DNA of 64,000 nt from Polaromonas sp. Its GTDB lineage: Bacteria > Pseudomonadota > Gammaproteobacteria > Burkholderiales > Burkholderiaceae_C. The DNA lies in the NCBI GenBank assembly GCA_025352405.1, contig JANXTM010000187.1, positions 632 through 64,631 on the forward strand, given 5' to 3'. This document shows, in pieces, positions 51,765 to 61,307 of this stretch. Below the pieces are notes generated by a model. That model worked only from the letters and a program-made list of their open reading frames with translations. It searched no databases and was not told where the DNA came from. The position numbers and the translations under genes were made by a program. Position 1 is the stretch's first letter, and every line of letters starts with the position of its first letter.

Positions 51765-52487
51765 TCAAAAGCAGGCAACCCAGATTTGGTAGCCGCCTTC
51801 TTTCCCCTGTAATGCGGCTGGCGGGGAGGGGAATACCGCAGCCTGAACGGCTTTGACGGCTGCCCTGTCCACTGCACCTAATCCGCTGCTCACGATAACG
51901 CGTATCGTGCTTGCAAGGCCATCATGCAAGGCGAACTCGATGCGTGTTCGCCCTTTAAAGTTCAGCGCTGAAGCCACAGCCGGTAACTCAAACGCTGCTT
52001 GTACGGCAGCCGCGAGCTTGGCGTTGTAAGCCGGAGCAGGATCAACGATTGCCAGCGGGGGTGTGGCAGCAGAAACCGGTTGATTTGCCAACACCGCCGA
52101 TGAAGACGGGTTTGACTGGCTTGCAACTGCAGCCACCACGACAGTTTCGGACGGTGCAACGACAGCAGGTGCTTGTGGTGACGCCATGGCCGGTTGAACT
52201 ACCCGCGGAACAGGCAAAACAGCTTGCAAGGCAGGCAAATGCGGCTCGGGCTTTGGGGGTGCCGCTTGCTGGCGTATTTCGGGTTCTGGCGGTGCGTCGG
52301 GTTTCAGCAAATCAATGCTGATTGGCACCACGGGCTGGACAACTGGGGCGGTGGCTTTGGTCATCCATATCAGGGCACAGAGCAACGCCACCAGTTCTAT
52401 TAAAAGTGCCAGACCAAAGGCTTGCCAGAGACGCGAGCTGTGCACCCTGAGCCTGGGTGCAGGCAAGGCTTCCGAAGCGCTTCTCAC
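51765..52487 (-). CDS. tonB: TonB-family energy transducer
   Basis: Single N-terminal TM, Pro/Ala-rich linker, C-terminal SSG..AVDRAA..AV...FP.PP. Confidence 0.85.
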   Translation of the reverse strand: MRSASEALPAPRLRVHSSRLWQAFGLALLIELVALLCALIWMTKATAPVVQPVVPISIDLLKPDAPPEPEIRQQAAPPKPEPHLPALQAVLPVPRVVQPAMASPQAPAVVAPSETVVVAAVASQSNPSSSAVLANQPVSAATPPLAIVDPAPAYNAKLAAAVQAAFELPAVASALNFKGRTRIEFALHDGLASTIRVIVSSGLGAVDRAAVKAVQAAVFPSPPAALQGKEGGYQIWVACF

Positions 52488-52885
52488 CGCACAGCTTGAC
52501 GCGCAGCCAACCCAATTTGCGTCGCGCCGCCCTGGCGCACGGCATCTATCGCGGTCATGACTTGCTGCAACGAAGCATCATCACCGCCGGCTATGGTGAC
52601 AGCCAGCCGGGCCGGGTCGCTAGAACGCACGAGTGCCGTGATTTGATCGGTACCAGTTACCTTCCCTTCGACAAACAGCTCACCGCCAGATCTAATTTCA
52701 AGCAACAACTTTGGCGACGGAATAATTTGTGCAGTCGAGCTGACGGGCAGCTTGGACACATGGCCCGTGGTGGGGATCATGCGCAGCGTCAGCATGGCAA
52801 AGAAAACCAGCAGAAAGAGCATGATGTCGATCATGGGGATGATCTCTATGCGGGCCTTGCGCACTTCAAAATAACGCATGCTCAA
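52484..52885 (-). CDS. exbD: Biopolymer transport protein
   Basis: IIPMIDIMLFLLVFF. Confidence 0.92.
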   Translation of the reverse strand: MSMRYFEVRKARIEIIPMIDIMLFLLVFFAMLTLRMIPTTGHVSKLPVSSTAQIIPSPKLLLEIRSGGELFVEGKVTGTDQITALVRSSDPARLAVTIAGGDDASLQQVMTAIDAVRQGGATQIGLAARQAVR

Positions 52886-53562
52886 GCCGCCAATGCGCTG
52901 GTCACCAGACTCGTCGCGCGCTGCAACGGCATCGCAGCCATCGGAACGGCGGCAGACCGGCGGTTGAGCAGCATGACTTTCATGGTTTCCATTTGATGCA
53001 CGATCAAACGCACCTTGGTGCTCAAACCGTTGAAAAATACCAATCCAATCATGGCAATCAACAAGCCCGACGCGGTGGCTATCAGCGCCTCGGCTATTCC
53101 GCCGGTCACTTGACCGGCTCCATTTTGTACATCACCCAACACCGAAAACGCAGTAAACATACCCACAATAGTGCCGAATAAACCTAACAGCGGTGCCAGC
53201 GTAATTACCGTGTCGAGTACCCACAGTGACCGGTCAAGGCCAGGAACCTCACGCATGACGGCCTCTTCCAGATGCCCCGCGCAAACCTCGCGGGCTGAGT
53301 CGCCCGGCTCAATCAGCGCGGCATTAAGCAATTGAATATGCGGCAGCTTGCTGTATTTTCCCATGCTGGCCGACATGGCCTGGCTTCGCAATGCTGTGTT
53401 GGCCTGCAGCAGGCCCATCAGTTCTTCGCCGCCCTGCTGCATTTTTGACAAGTACACGGTACGTTCAATGATCACGGTCAACGCCACGAGCATCAGCAGA
53501 CACATCAGGTAAAGCGTACCGCCCGATGCGTTGGCCAACTCAATCAACTTGGAAATGCTCAT
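52882..53562 (-). CDS. exbB: MotA/TolQ/ExbB proton channel
   Basis: APLLGLFGTIVGM, GIAEALIATA.GL. Confidence 0.92.
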   Translation of the reverse strand: MSISKLIELANASGGTLYLMCLLMLVALTVIIERTVYLSKMQQGGEELMGLLQANTALRSQAMSASMGKYSKLPHIQLLNAALIEPGDSAREVCAGHLEEAVMREVPGLDRSLWVLDTVITLAPLLGLFGTIVGMFTAFSVLGDVQNGAGQVTGGIAEALIATASGLLIAMIGLVFFNGLSTKVRLIVHQMETMKVMLLNRRSAAVPMAAMPLQRATSLVTSALAA

Positions 53563-53564
53563 GA

Positions 53565-55904
53565 TCAAAAATCCGCCTTGAGGGATACCTGCAAGCTGCG
53601 GGGCGCCTGATAAATATAGGTATCCAGTGGCAAGGACGCGCCTGTGCTAATGGCCGTGACCTTCAGGCTGTTGGCCAGATTGAAGACGTTCAACTGTAGT
53701 TTGAGTGACTTTGAAAATGAGCTGACATTTTTAAACGTATACGCCACGCCCAGATCAAGGTTGCCGTACGCAGGGGTTTTGTAATAGTCATAAAAAGCCT
53801 GACCATTGATGGGTGCTTTGGTGGCGTCATAGTCTTTCTGGCGGACAGCACCTGTGCGCTTGTAGATCAATGATGCGGCCCAGGGCCCTTCGCTGAACAA
53901 GCCGCCCAATGCAGCCGTCATCTCAGGTGCGCTGGCAATTTGTTGCCCGGTGTCGGTGGCTTTGGCGCTGTTGAGTGAACCATTGACATAGGCCGAAAAC
54001 CCACCGCCAATCACGTAAGCGGCTTGCGCCTCAACGCCCTGGTAAGTCGCGCCACCGATATTGATGAATGCTGCTGCCGCACCCGGCAAGCCATTGGACA
54101 CCAGCTTGTTGGTGAAGTTGATGCGGTAAATATCTGCATCCCATGTCATGCGGTCGCTCTTGCCGACAATACCTGCCTGGTAGTTAGTCGATTTTTGCGG
54201 TACCGAGCTGTTTTGGGTCGGGTTGGCGATGTAGAAAGTGTTCAGGTCGGGTATCTGAAAGCCCTTGGCGTACTGCGCGTAAACAGCCAACTCGGAATTG
54301 ATCTGCTGGTTCACCGTCAAAAAGGGCAAGGTCGCCTTGTAGTCAACCGATGCCCTGGCGTTGAGCTGGCGAGTGGCTTGTTGAACCAGCGCATCCACCG
54401 AACGCGTGATGCTGACGTACTTCAGGCCAGGGGTGATCGTGGTGCCTACAAAAGGCGTCCATTCAAACTCGGCAAACGGTTGCACGGTTTTGACTTTCGA
54501 TTGCTGGTCAAACAACACGCTGTCTATTGGCCGGTTTCCGCCACTCAGAAAGCTGCTGTTGGCCGCTGTTCCTTCAACACGGTTGTAGGCGCGGGTTGTC
54601 AGGTCCAAGTCGTATTGGTGGCGGTCTGATGATGAGGTTTCGTACCAGACGCCTGCCCGGGCCAGGCCCGCGTCAAGCTGTTTTGTTGCCTTGAAGATAT
54701 TGCCGTAAACGCGGTATTTATTCTGCTTTTCAATGCCTGGAATATTGCCATTGAGCGGTGCCAGCGTAGCCCCCTTCAGAACCCATGTTCCCGCTGGTGC
54801 AGTGCGACGCGGGTCGGGCCCGGTGGGCAAGGTGCCGGTCCAGGTAGGGTCGGTTGAGGAGACGGTCTGGTTGTTGTAGGCGTAGGTGTACAACTGGTTG
54901 TCAATGTTCCAGCCGGCACCCAAGTCACTGCGCAGGCGGATGTAACTGAAGTCCGTGTCTTTCACCGTGCCGTTGTAGCCCTGGTAATTCATGCTCTTTG
55001 GGTCATTGTTGAGCTGAAAGTTTTTACCAAACGCGGCGATCTGCGTCAGCGTTGCGCCTTTGTTGCTGTCGGGCTGGGCGTAGGTGGTTTTGTTCACAGA
55101 CGTAAAAACAGTCAGCAGCGAAGCGTCGCCCACCGGTCGCTCAAACTTGAGCGTGTAATTGTTGCTTTTGATCGGGCTGTAGCTGAGGTAGCCGTCAGAC
55201 GTTTCACGCTGATAGTTGAGTTGCAGCGTGGCGTCACCAAAGTTGGGCAAGCGACCGCTCTCATAAGAAACCCCGTACAAACGGGTATTCCAGGTGCCCA
55301 GTGATGTGAATACGCTGGTGGTTTGTTCTTGCGACGGTTTTTTGGAAAACAGATTAATCGAGCCGCCAAACGTGGCATAACCGATATCGCTCGCCTTGCC
55401 CGGGCCGCGCTCGACCACCGCGCCACCAATGACAGAGGCGGGGAAAAACGAAGTTGAGTGATGCGACGGATTATTGGTATCGCCCCAAGGTATGCCGTCG
55501 AAGGTGATATTGTACTGGTCGTCCTTGAAGCCGCGCAGCGTGGTCTTGGTTTCGCTCAAGCCAGGGCCGTTGGCCGAGTCGCCAGACAAGCTCGGAGCGA
55601 TGTTCACGATGCGGCTGTATTCGGCGGTCGGTGCAACGGACAGATCAATAAATTCCCGCGTGATGATGGACTGCGGCTGCGTGGCCTGCAAGCTGGCCTG
55701 CGTAGGGGCTATGGCGGATGCCGTGCCCTTGGCGGCCTCGTCGGGTCGGTAGGCGCCTGCTGCAGTGCTGGCGCCTATGGTGCCTAGATCAACTGCGGCA
55801 TTGCCGGTCTGAGCCAGTGCAATAGGGCCGGCGGAAATAGACAGCATGGCCAACGACACCAGACGTGCAAGGGTTTTAGGCTGGAGGGCGCGCGAGTTTT
55901 TCAT
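53565..55904 (-). CDS. TonB-dependent outer-membrane receptor
   Basis: Signal peptide, plug-domain motifs (LRGF, DGIP, VVERGPG), beta-barrel pattern, terminal Phe (SLKADF). Confidence 0.93.
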   Translation of the reverse strand: MKNSRALQPKTLARLVSLAMLSISAGPIALAQTGNAAVDLGTIGASTAAGAYRPDEAAKGTASAIAPTQASLQATQPQSIITREFIDLSVAPTAEYSRIVNIAPSLSGDSANGPGLSETKTTLRGFKDDQYNITFDGIPWGDTNNPSHHSTSFFPASVIGGAVVERGPGKASDIGYATFGGSINLFSKKPSQEQTTSVFTSLGTWNTRLYGVSYESGRLPNFGDATLQLNYQRETSDGYLSYSPIKSNNYTLKFERPVGDASLLTVFTSVNKTTYAQPDSNKGATLTQIAAFGKNFQLNNDPKSMNYQGYNGTVKDTDFSYIRLRSDLGAGWNIDNQLYTYAYNNQTVSSTDPTWTGTLPTGPDPRRTAPAGTWVLKGATLAPLNGNIPGIEKQNKYRVYGNIFKATKQLDAGLARAGVWYETSSSDRHQYDLDLTTRAYNRVEGTAANSSFLSGGNRPIDSVLFDQQSKVKTVQPFAEFEWTPFVGTTITPGLKYVSITRSVDALVQQATRQLNARASVDYKATLPFLTVNQQINSELAVYAQYAKGFQIPDLNTFYIANPTQNSSVPQKSTNYQAGIVGKSDRMTWDADIYRINFTNKLVSNGLPGAAAAFINIGGATYQGVEAQAAYVIGGGFSAYVNGSLNSAKATDTGQQIASAPEMTAALGGLFSEGPWAASLIYKRTGAVRQKDYDATKAPINGQAFYDYYKTPAYGNLDLGVAYTFKNVSSFSKSLKLQLNVFNLANSLKVTAISTGASLPLDTYIYQAPRSLQVSLKADF

Positions 55905-55999
55905 GGTGCAAGTTTTTTTGGTTAAGAAAACGGTTGCCTTATCTTTCATCCCAAAAAGGCCATGAAACATTTGGCAAGGTTGTAGCGTAATTACTTTTA

Positions 56000-56017
56000 A
56001 TGACAATTTTGTGGCAT
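56000..56017 (-). promoter_or_regulatory. Pho-box-like direct repeat facing the TonB-dependent receptor
   Basis: Minus strand ATGCCAC-AAAA-TTGTCAT (7-4-7, 11-bp period) versus consensus CTGTCAT-AWAW-CTGTMAY. Confidence 0.5.
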
Positions 56018-56043
56018 GTCACAGGAACTATTTGAGGATTAAG

Positions 56044-56061
56044 TTTTCACGCGCCTGTCAC
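56044..56061 (+). promoter_or_regulatory. Pho-box-like direct repeat facing the alkaline-phosphatase-family gene
   Basis: TTTTCAC-GCGC-CTGTCAC, followed by a TATGGT -10-like hexamer. Confidence 0.4.
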
Positions 56062-56109
56062 ATACACGGGCTATGGTTTACGGCTTTACCTGAAAATCCA
56101 AGGACACAA

Positions 56110-57729
56110 ATGAAATTTGACTTTCTCCCATTGGCGCTTGCCATCGCTGCGGCCCTGACCGGATGTGCACTGCCTGCTCCTGCCATTGCGCCAGCGGCCG
56201 CGTCTCGCGTGCTGCTGCTCAGCGTGGACGGCCTGCACCAGCAGGACCTTGCAAACTGCATGGCAGCCAAGACCTGCCCCGCCATCAGCAGCCTGGCGCA
56301 AACCGGTGTCACCTACAGCAACGCACTGACGCCGGGCTTGTCCGACTCATTCCCAGGTCTTGCTGCGCTGCTGACAGGTGGCTCCGCCAAAAGTACCGGC
56401 CTTTTTTACGACGTGACGTATGACCGTACGCTTTATTCGCCTGCCGACAACACCTGCAGCGGTCCGCAGGGATGGAATATCGTTTTGGACGGCACCACCG
56501 GCTTTGACGGGATCAACGGTGGCGCACTCACCCATCTCGATGGCGGAGGCAAATTCAATCCGCAGTCAATACCGCACGCCAGGATCAATGGCAGTTGCAT
56601 TGCTGTCTACCCCCACAACTACCTGCAGACCAACACCATTTTTGAAGTCATCAAGGAGCGGATTTCTGGTGCTAGAACTGCTTGGGCCGACAAGCACGCA
56701 TGGGCATACGACTGGGTCAATGGCCCTTCAGGCAAGGGCGTGGATGACCTGTCCCGCACCGAGATTGATTCGATTGACGCAGTGACCGGCACCAGCTACG
56801 CCGACCGCCACACGCACACCCAGGTGTTCGATAACTTGCACGTCCAGACCGTTCTCCACCAGATCAATGGCAAGGACTCAACGGGCCTGCAGGCGGCGGC
56901 GGTACCAACTGTTTTTGGCACCAATTTTCAAACACTCAGTGTTGCCCAAAAAGCGCTTAACGCTAACGGCGGTGGCTACACAGGCGCCCACTTCACGCCA
57001 GGCCCGCAGGTAACCGAGGCGATCGCCTACGTCGATGCATCGGTCGCCAAAATAGTCGCTGAACTCAGGGCAAAAAACCTGCTGAACTCGACCTTGATCA
57101 TCATTACAGCCAAGCACGGACAGTCGCCGGGCGACTTCAGCAAGCTGGTAAAAGTTGGTGACACCCTCACGGCGCTAATGGAGGCCAATGGCTACGTCGA
57201 TGCCAAAGGCAAATGGGGTCAACATGCGACCACCAGCGGAAAGCTCAATGACGGCACGGGGCTGGCCGGGACGGGTGCCATCGAAACCGACACCATAGGG
57301 CTGATCTGGCTTAAAAACCAAAATCAACTCGCCGCCGCACTGACCACCTTGAACGCCAATCTGGGCTGCAAGCCACCGGGCATTTGTGCCGATGGACCGC
57401 AGGCGCTGATTCTTTCGGGCGCAGCGCTCGTGAGCCGCTTCGGTAACCCGGCGCTCGGTCGCACGCCCGACATCGTCGTGCAGCCCAATCCAGGCGTGAT
57501 CTATTCCGGCAGCAAAAAGAAAGACGCGGAGCATGGCGGCAATTCACCCGACGACACCCATGTGGCGCTGCTGGTTTCACTGCCTTCCATTTCAGCCAAA
57601 ACCATCACCAGTGAGGTTGTCACGACGCAGGTTGCGCCGACTATTTTGTCGGCACTTAAGCTTGACCCGGCGCTGTTGAACTCCGTAAAGGTAGAGGGCA
57701 CTCGCGTATTGCCCGGCCTGGGTTTTTAA
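56110..57729 (+). CDS. Alkaline phosphatase superfamily (nucleotide pyrophosphatase/phosphodiesterase-like) lipoprotein
   Basis: Lipobox LTGC; SVDGLH, SDSFPG nucleophile region, TAKHG, EHGG. Confidence 0.85.
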   Translation: MKFDFLPLALAIAAALTGCALPAPAIAPAAASRVLLLSVDGLHQQDLANCMAAKTCPAISSLAQTGVTYSNALTPGLSDSFPGLAALLTGGSAKSTGLFYDVTYDRTLYSPADNTCSGPQGWNIVLDGTTGFDGINGGALTHLDGGGKFNPQSIPHARINGSCIAVYPHNYLQTNTIFEVIKERISGARTAWADKHAWAYDWVNGPSGKGVDDLSRTEIDSIDAVTGTSYADRHTHTQVFDNLHVQTVLHQINGKDSTGLQAAAVPTVFGTNFQTLSVAQKALNANGGGYTGAHFTPGPQVTEAIAYVDASVAKIVAELRAKNLLNSTLIIITAKHGQSPGDFSKLVKVGDTLTALMEANGYVDAKGKWGQHATTSGKLNDGTGLAGTGAIETDTIGLIWLKNQNQLAAALTTLNANLGCKPPGICADGPQALILSGAALVSRFGNPALGRTPDIVVQPNPGVIYSGSKKKDAEHGGNSPDDTHVALLVSLPSISAKTITSEVVTTQVAPTILSALKLDPALLNSVKVEGTRVLPGLGF

Positions 57730-57757
57730 AGTTTGACTGACGCCGTTGCGTGGGTGA

Positions 57758-58741
57758 TCAATCCAGTCCGTCCAGCGTATCCGGGTCAGGCACATCACCC
57801 ACCGCGTGCCGGGTCAGTGCCGCCTGCGCCTCGAGCCACTTGCAAAAGGCCACCACTTCAGGTCGCGCCACATTGCGCGGGCTGACCACCAGCCAGTACG
57901 CCATAGGGGAGTCAAGCCGCAGCTTGGGCAGTGGTTCGACCAGATCGCCCTGGGCCAGGCTTTCGGCAATCAGCGGCAGGCGCGCCAGCACCACGCCCTG
58001 GCCCGTGAGCGCGGCCTGCACCATCTGGTAGGCGTAGTTGAAGTAGAGCCAGCGTTTGGCCTCCAGTTTGGGCGCCGCATGCAGGTCCAGCCAGCGCCGC
58101 CAGGTCAACCACTCCAGGTGCGTGTGGTGGGCATCCCCGGCTTCAATCAGGGTGAAATGCGCCAGGTCATCGGGCTTTTTAAGACGCGGCCCGCTTTTGA
58201 GTAACCACGGGCTGACGACAGCAGTGATTTGTTCGCCAAACAGGCGAATCGCGTGCGGTGGCACATGGCTGGCGGGGGCATAGCGCAGGGCCAGGTCGAT
58301 GTCTGAAATATCGAGGTCAACGGCAACGTCTGACGCATCAATGCGGATGTCGATGTCCGGGTGGTCCCGCTGAAATCCCTCCAGCCGGGGAATCAGCCAC
58401 ATCGAGGCAAGTGACGCAAAGGTGGTGAGTGCCACGCTTTTGCGACCGGCGCTCTGGCGAATCTGCCGCACCGCGCCGTCGATGCGCTCCAGCGATGGCG
58501 TGACGGCGCGCAAAAGTATGGCACCGGCCGTGGTGAGTTCCACCGCACGCGTGTGGCGATGAAACAGCGAAACGCCGACATCCTCTTCCAGGCCCTGGAT
58601 CTGGCGGCTTACAGCCGACTGCGTGAGGGCCAGTTCCTCCGATGCCGCCCGGAAGTTCAGGTGGCGCGCCACCGCTTCAAAAGCACGCAGTTGACCGGCC
58701 GAAATCGGCCTTGAACGCAGATGGGTTTGTGAATGCAGCAT
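57758..58741 (-). CDS. LysR-family regulator (GcvA-like)
   Basis: LNFRAASEELALTQSAVSRQI HTH; WLIPRL. Confidence 0.92.
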   Translation of the reverse strand: MLHSQTHLRSRPISAGQLRAFEAVARHLNFRAASEELALTQSAVSRQIQGLEEDVGVSLFHRHTRAVELTTAGAILLRAVTPSLERIDGAVRQIRQSAGRKSVALTTFASLASMWLIPRLEGFQRDHPDIDIRIDASDVAVDLDISDIDLALRYAPASHVPPHAIRLFGEQITAVVSPWLLKSGPRLKKPDDLAHFTLIEAGDAHHTHLEWLTWRRWLDLHAAPKLEAKRWLYFNYAYQMVQAALTGQGVVLARLPLIAESLAQGDLVEPLPKLRLDSPMAYWLVVSPRNVARPEVVAFCKWLEAQAALTRHAVGDVPDPDTLDGLD

Positions 58742-58881
58742 GACAGAAGTGGATGAGTCAGTTGATTGATTAATGCGTTTATAGAATGAATAGCGTACCG
58801 CGAATTCATTGGACCGGAAAGCCCCCCTGACGGATCATTGCATCTCTTTCCACGAATTTCGGTCTTTTTTTGGAGAACACC

Positions 58882-59511
58882 ATGGACCACCACCTCACTA
58901 CGCACCGCACGGCCATTGCCACCACCCTGCCCGCACAACATACGGCCGATACCGACCCGGCCTCAAGCTACCGCAAACTGGACGCCGGCAAGGCTGTCAC
59001 ATTGCGTGCCACGCAGCTCAGTGTGTTGCGTATTGCGCATGGCCGTGTGTGGGCCACCCTGAGCGACGACGGCCCCTACAGCCGGGTGCTGGCTGGTGAC
59101 CACTTTTTAAGCCGGGGTCAAAGCCTGACCCTGCTGCCCGGCCAGGAACTGGTGATGGAATCCTTCGAATCATCGGCCAGCAGCCGCACCGCAACGGCGC
59201 ACTTCAGCTGGGAAACCCCCGGTGTGGCAGCCAGCGCATTGCAAGATGCCCAGCCTGTGCACCAGGCTGTCGGTTTGGGTGTGCTCCAGCCACTGCGTGA
59301 TTTACGTCACGCACTGGGCCTGGTGGCGGGCGCTTCCGGTCGGCTGGTGCAGAGGCTCGTCCATGGCGCAGCGGCTGCCTCTGTCATGCTGCTTAATCGG
59401 GTTGCTATGCCTTTTGTAGCAGCACGCCCCGGTACTTTGTGCCCAGACGGGTCTTTTGGCATCACAAAAAAGCATGGTGCAACGCGAGCAGCCCGCTGCA
59501 GCGCACGCTAA
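58882..59511 (+). CDS. DUF2917 (cupin-like) domain protein
   Basis: LRIAHGRVWAT...DHFL..GQSLTL..GQELVME; GGAG RBS. Confidence 0.8.
   Translation: MDHHLTTHRTAIATTLPAQHTADTDPASSYRKLDAGKAVTLRATQLSVLRIAHGRVWATLSDDGPYSRVLAGDHFLSRGQSLTLLPGQELVMESFESSASSRTATAHFSWETPGVAASALQDAQPVHQAVGLGVLQPLRDLRHALGLVAGASGRLVQRLVHGAAAASVMLLNRVAMPFVAARPGTLCPDGSFGITKKHGATRAARCSAR
59403..59470 (-). repeat. Dispersed ~63-bp repeat, copy 7, in the DUF2917 C-terminal tail
   Basis: Plus strand GCTAT-GCCTTTT-GTAGC followed by AGCACGCCCC...GGTCTTTTGGCATCACAAAA. Confidence 0.7.
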
Positions 59512-59571
59512 CTCAACACACCCAAAAGCGGCTGCAATCGCGAGTCCGGCGCGCATGGTCATAATTCGGCC

Positions 59572-60144
59572 ATGCCTACTCCTTGCGCAACCCCCGCCCC
59601 AGCAGCTTCTGCGGCCGCCTTGCATGGCAGGGGGCCAGGCATTCAGGTGGTGGTGATGGGCGTTTCAGGTTGCGGAAAGTCCGCTGTCGCCCAGCGGATA
59701 GCGCTGCAACTGGCTCTGCCTCTGATCGAGGGCGATGACTTTCACCCGGCCAGCAACATCGCCAAAATGCAGCAAGGCAACGCCCTGACAGACGATGACC
59801 GCGCCCAATGGCTGCGCACCCTGGGCACCGAATTGACGCGTCACCCCGACGGCGCGGTGCTGACCTGCTCGGCCCTGAAAACCACCTACAGAAGCACCTT
59901 GCGCGCCGCTGCACCCCGGCTGCGTTTTGTGCATCTGGCCATTACGCAGGCCGAGTCCCTGCGGCGTGTGGGCAGCAGGCCCAGTCACTTTTACCCACCC
60001 AGTCTGGTGGCAAGCCAGTTTGAGGCTCTGCAGGACCCTGCGGGTGAATACGGCGTCTTGAGCCTGGCAGCCGATGCGCCACTCGATGAACTGGCGCAAA
60101 AGGCTGTGGCCTGGTTGATTGCTTTTAAATTCAACAATGCGTAA
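59572..60144 (+). CDS. gntK: Gluconokinase
   Basis: MGVSGCGKS, EGDDFHP, LTDDDR, CSALK, SQFEALQ. Confidence 0.92.
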   Translation: MPTPCATPAPAASAAALHGRGPGIQVVVMGVSGCGKSAVAQRIALQLALPLIEGDDFHPASNIAKMQQGNALTDDDRAQWLRTLGTELTRHPDGAVLTCSALKTTYRSTLRAAAPRLRFVHLAITQAESLRRVGSRPSHFYPPSLVASQFEALQDPAGEYGVLSLAADAPLDELAQKAVAWLIAFKFNNA

Positions 60145-60201
60145 TCAATTACGAATAGGTAAAATTTAGTCTTTTCGCCAAGCATTTCACAGGAATCCTC
60201 C

Positions 60202-61221
60202 ATGTCCAAGGCATTCGCCAGTCAGTCCGATCTCACCGACAAAACCATTACCTTTGAGCAGCTCAGTGCCCACTGCTGGGCCTACACCGCCGAGGGCGAC
60301 CCCAACTCCGGCGTGATCATCGGCGACAAGTTCATCATGGTCAGCGACGCCACCGCGACCCCGGCCATGGCGCAAGACCTGATTGCCCGAATTCGCGCCG
60401 TCAGCGACAATCCCATCAAATATGTTCTGCTGACCCACTACCACGCCGTCAGGGTGCTGGGCGCCAGCGCCTACATTGCAGAGGGTGCCACCGAAATCAT
60501 CGCCAGCCAGGGCACCTATGAGCTGATCGTGGAGCGCGGTGCGCAGGACATGCAAAGCGAGATGGAGCGCTTTCCAAGGCTGTTTCGCAACGCAGACAGC
60601 GTGCCTGGCCTGACCTGGCCCACGATGGTGATTGGCGGCGGCAACCCCGCAAGCCTGGTAACTGACGCGGATGGCCGCGTCAGGGGCGAAGTCCCCGGCA
60701 AGCTGCTGCTGGATCTGGGGGGCGTCAAGGTGCAGATCTGGCACCCGGGGCCTGGTCATACACGCGGCGACACGATTGCCTGGGTTGAAGAAGAAAAAGT
60801 ACTGTTTTCAGGCGACCTGGTCGAGTACGAAGCAGGCGTGTACACCGGCGATGCACAGCTCGCGGAATGGCCCGCCACGCTGGAAGCCCTGCGCGCCCTG
60901 AACGCCGAAGCCATCGTGCCCGGCCGGGGCGAAGCCATGAAAGGCGCTGCCAATGTCCATAAAGCGCTTGATTACACCAAGCGCTGGGTCGAAACGCTGT
61001 TTCAGGCGGGCAAGGAAGCGGCGCATGTTGGCATGGACCTGAAGGCCGCCATGGCCCACACGCGCAAGGCCATGGACCCCATTTTCGGCCATGTCTTTAT
61101 TTACGAGCACTGCCTGCCATTTGACGTGAGCCGCGCGTTTGACGAAGCCAGCGGCATCAAAAACCCGCGCATCTGGACCGCCGAGCGGGACAAGGCCATG
61201 TGGGACGCGCTTCAAGCCTGA
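60202..61221 (+). CDS. MBL-fold metallo-hydrolase
   Basis: THYHAVR, GHTRGD, SGDL, PGRG. Confidence 0.88.
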   Translation: MSKAFASQSDLTDKTITFEQLSAHCWAYTAEGDPNSGVIIGDKFIMVSDATATPAMAQDLIARIRAVSDNPIKYVLLTHYHAVRVLGASAYIAEGATEIIASQGTYELIVERGAQDMQSEMERFPRLFRNADSVPGLTWPTMVIGGGNPASLVTDADGRVRGEVPGKLLLDLGGVKVQIWHPGPGHTRGDTIAWVEEEKVLFSGDLVEYEAGVYTGDAQLAEWPATLEALRALNAEAIVPGRGEAMKGAANVHKALDYTKRWVETLFQAGKEAAHVGMDLKAAMAHTRKAMDPIFGHVFIYEHCLPFDVSRAFDEASGIKNPRIWTAERDKAMWDALQA

Positions 61222-61239
61222 AGTGGGGTGCCCGGAACG

Positions 61240-61307
61240 GGCTTCAGGCTTCAGGCTTCAGGCTTCAGGCTTCAGGCTTCAGGCTTCAGGCTTCAGGCTT
61301 CAGGCTT
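61240..61307. repeat. Heptamer VNTR (GGCTTCA)9 plus partial GGCTT
   Basis: Nine perfect copies at 61240-61302; the last one contains the BLUF stop codon. Confidence 0.97.

Noticed and set aside
61240-61307. Repeat array as a CRISPR locus
   Set aside because: 7-bp units with no spacers and no cas genes; a simple VNTR
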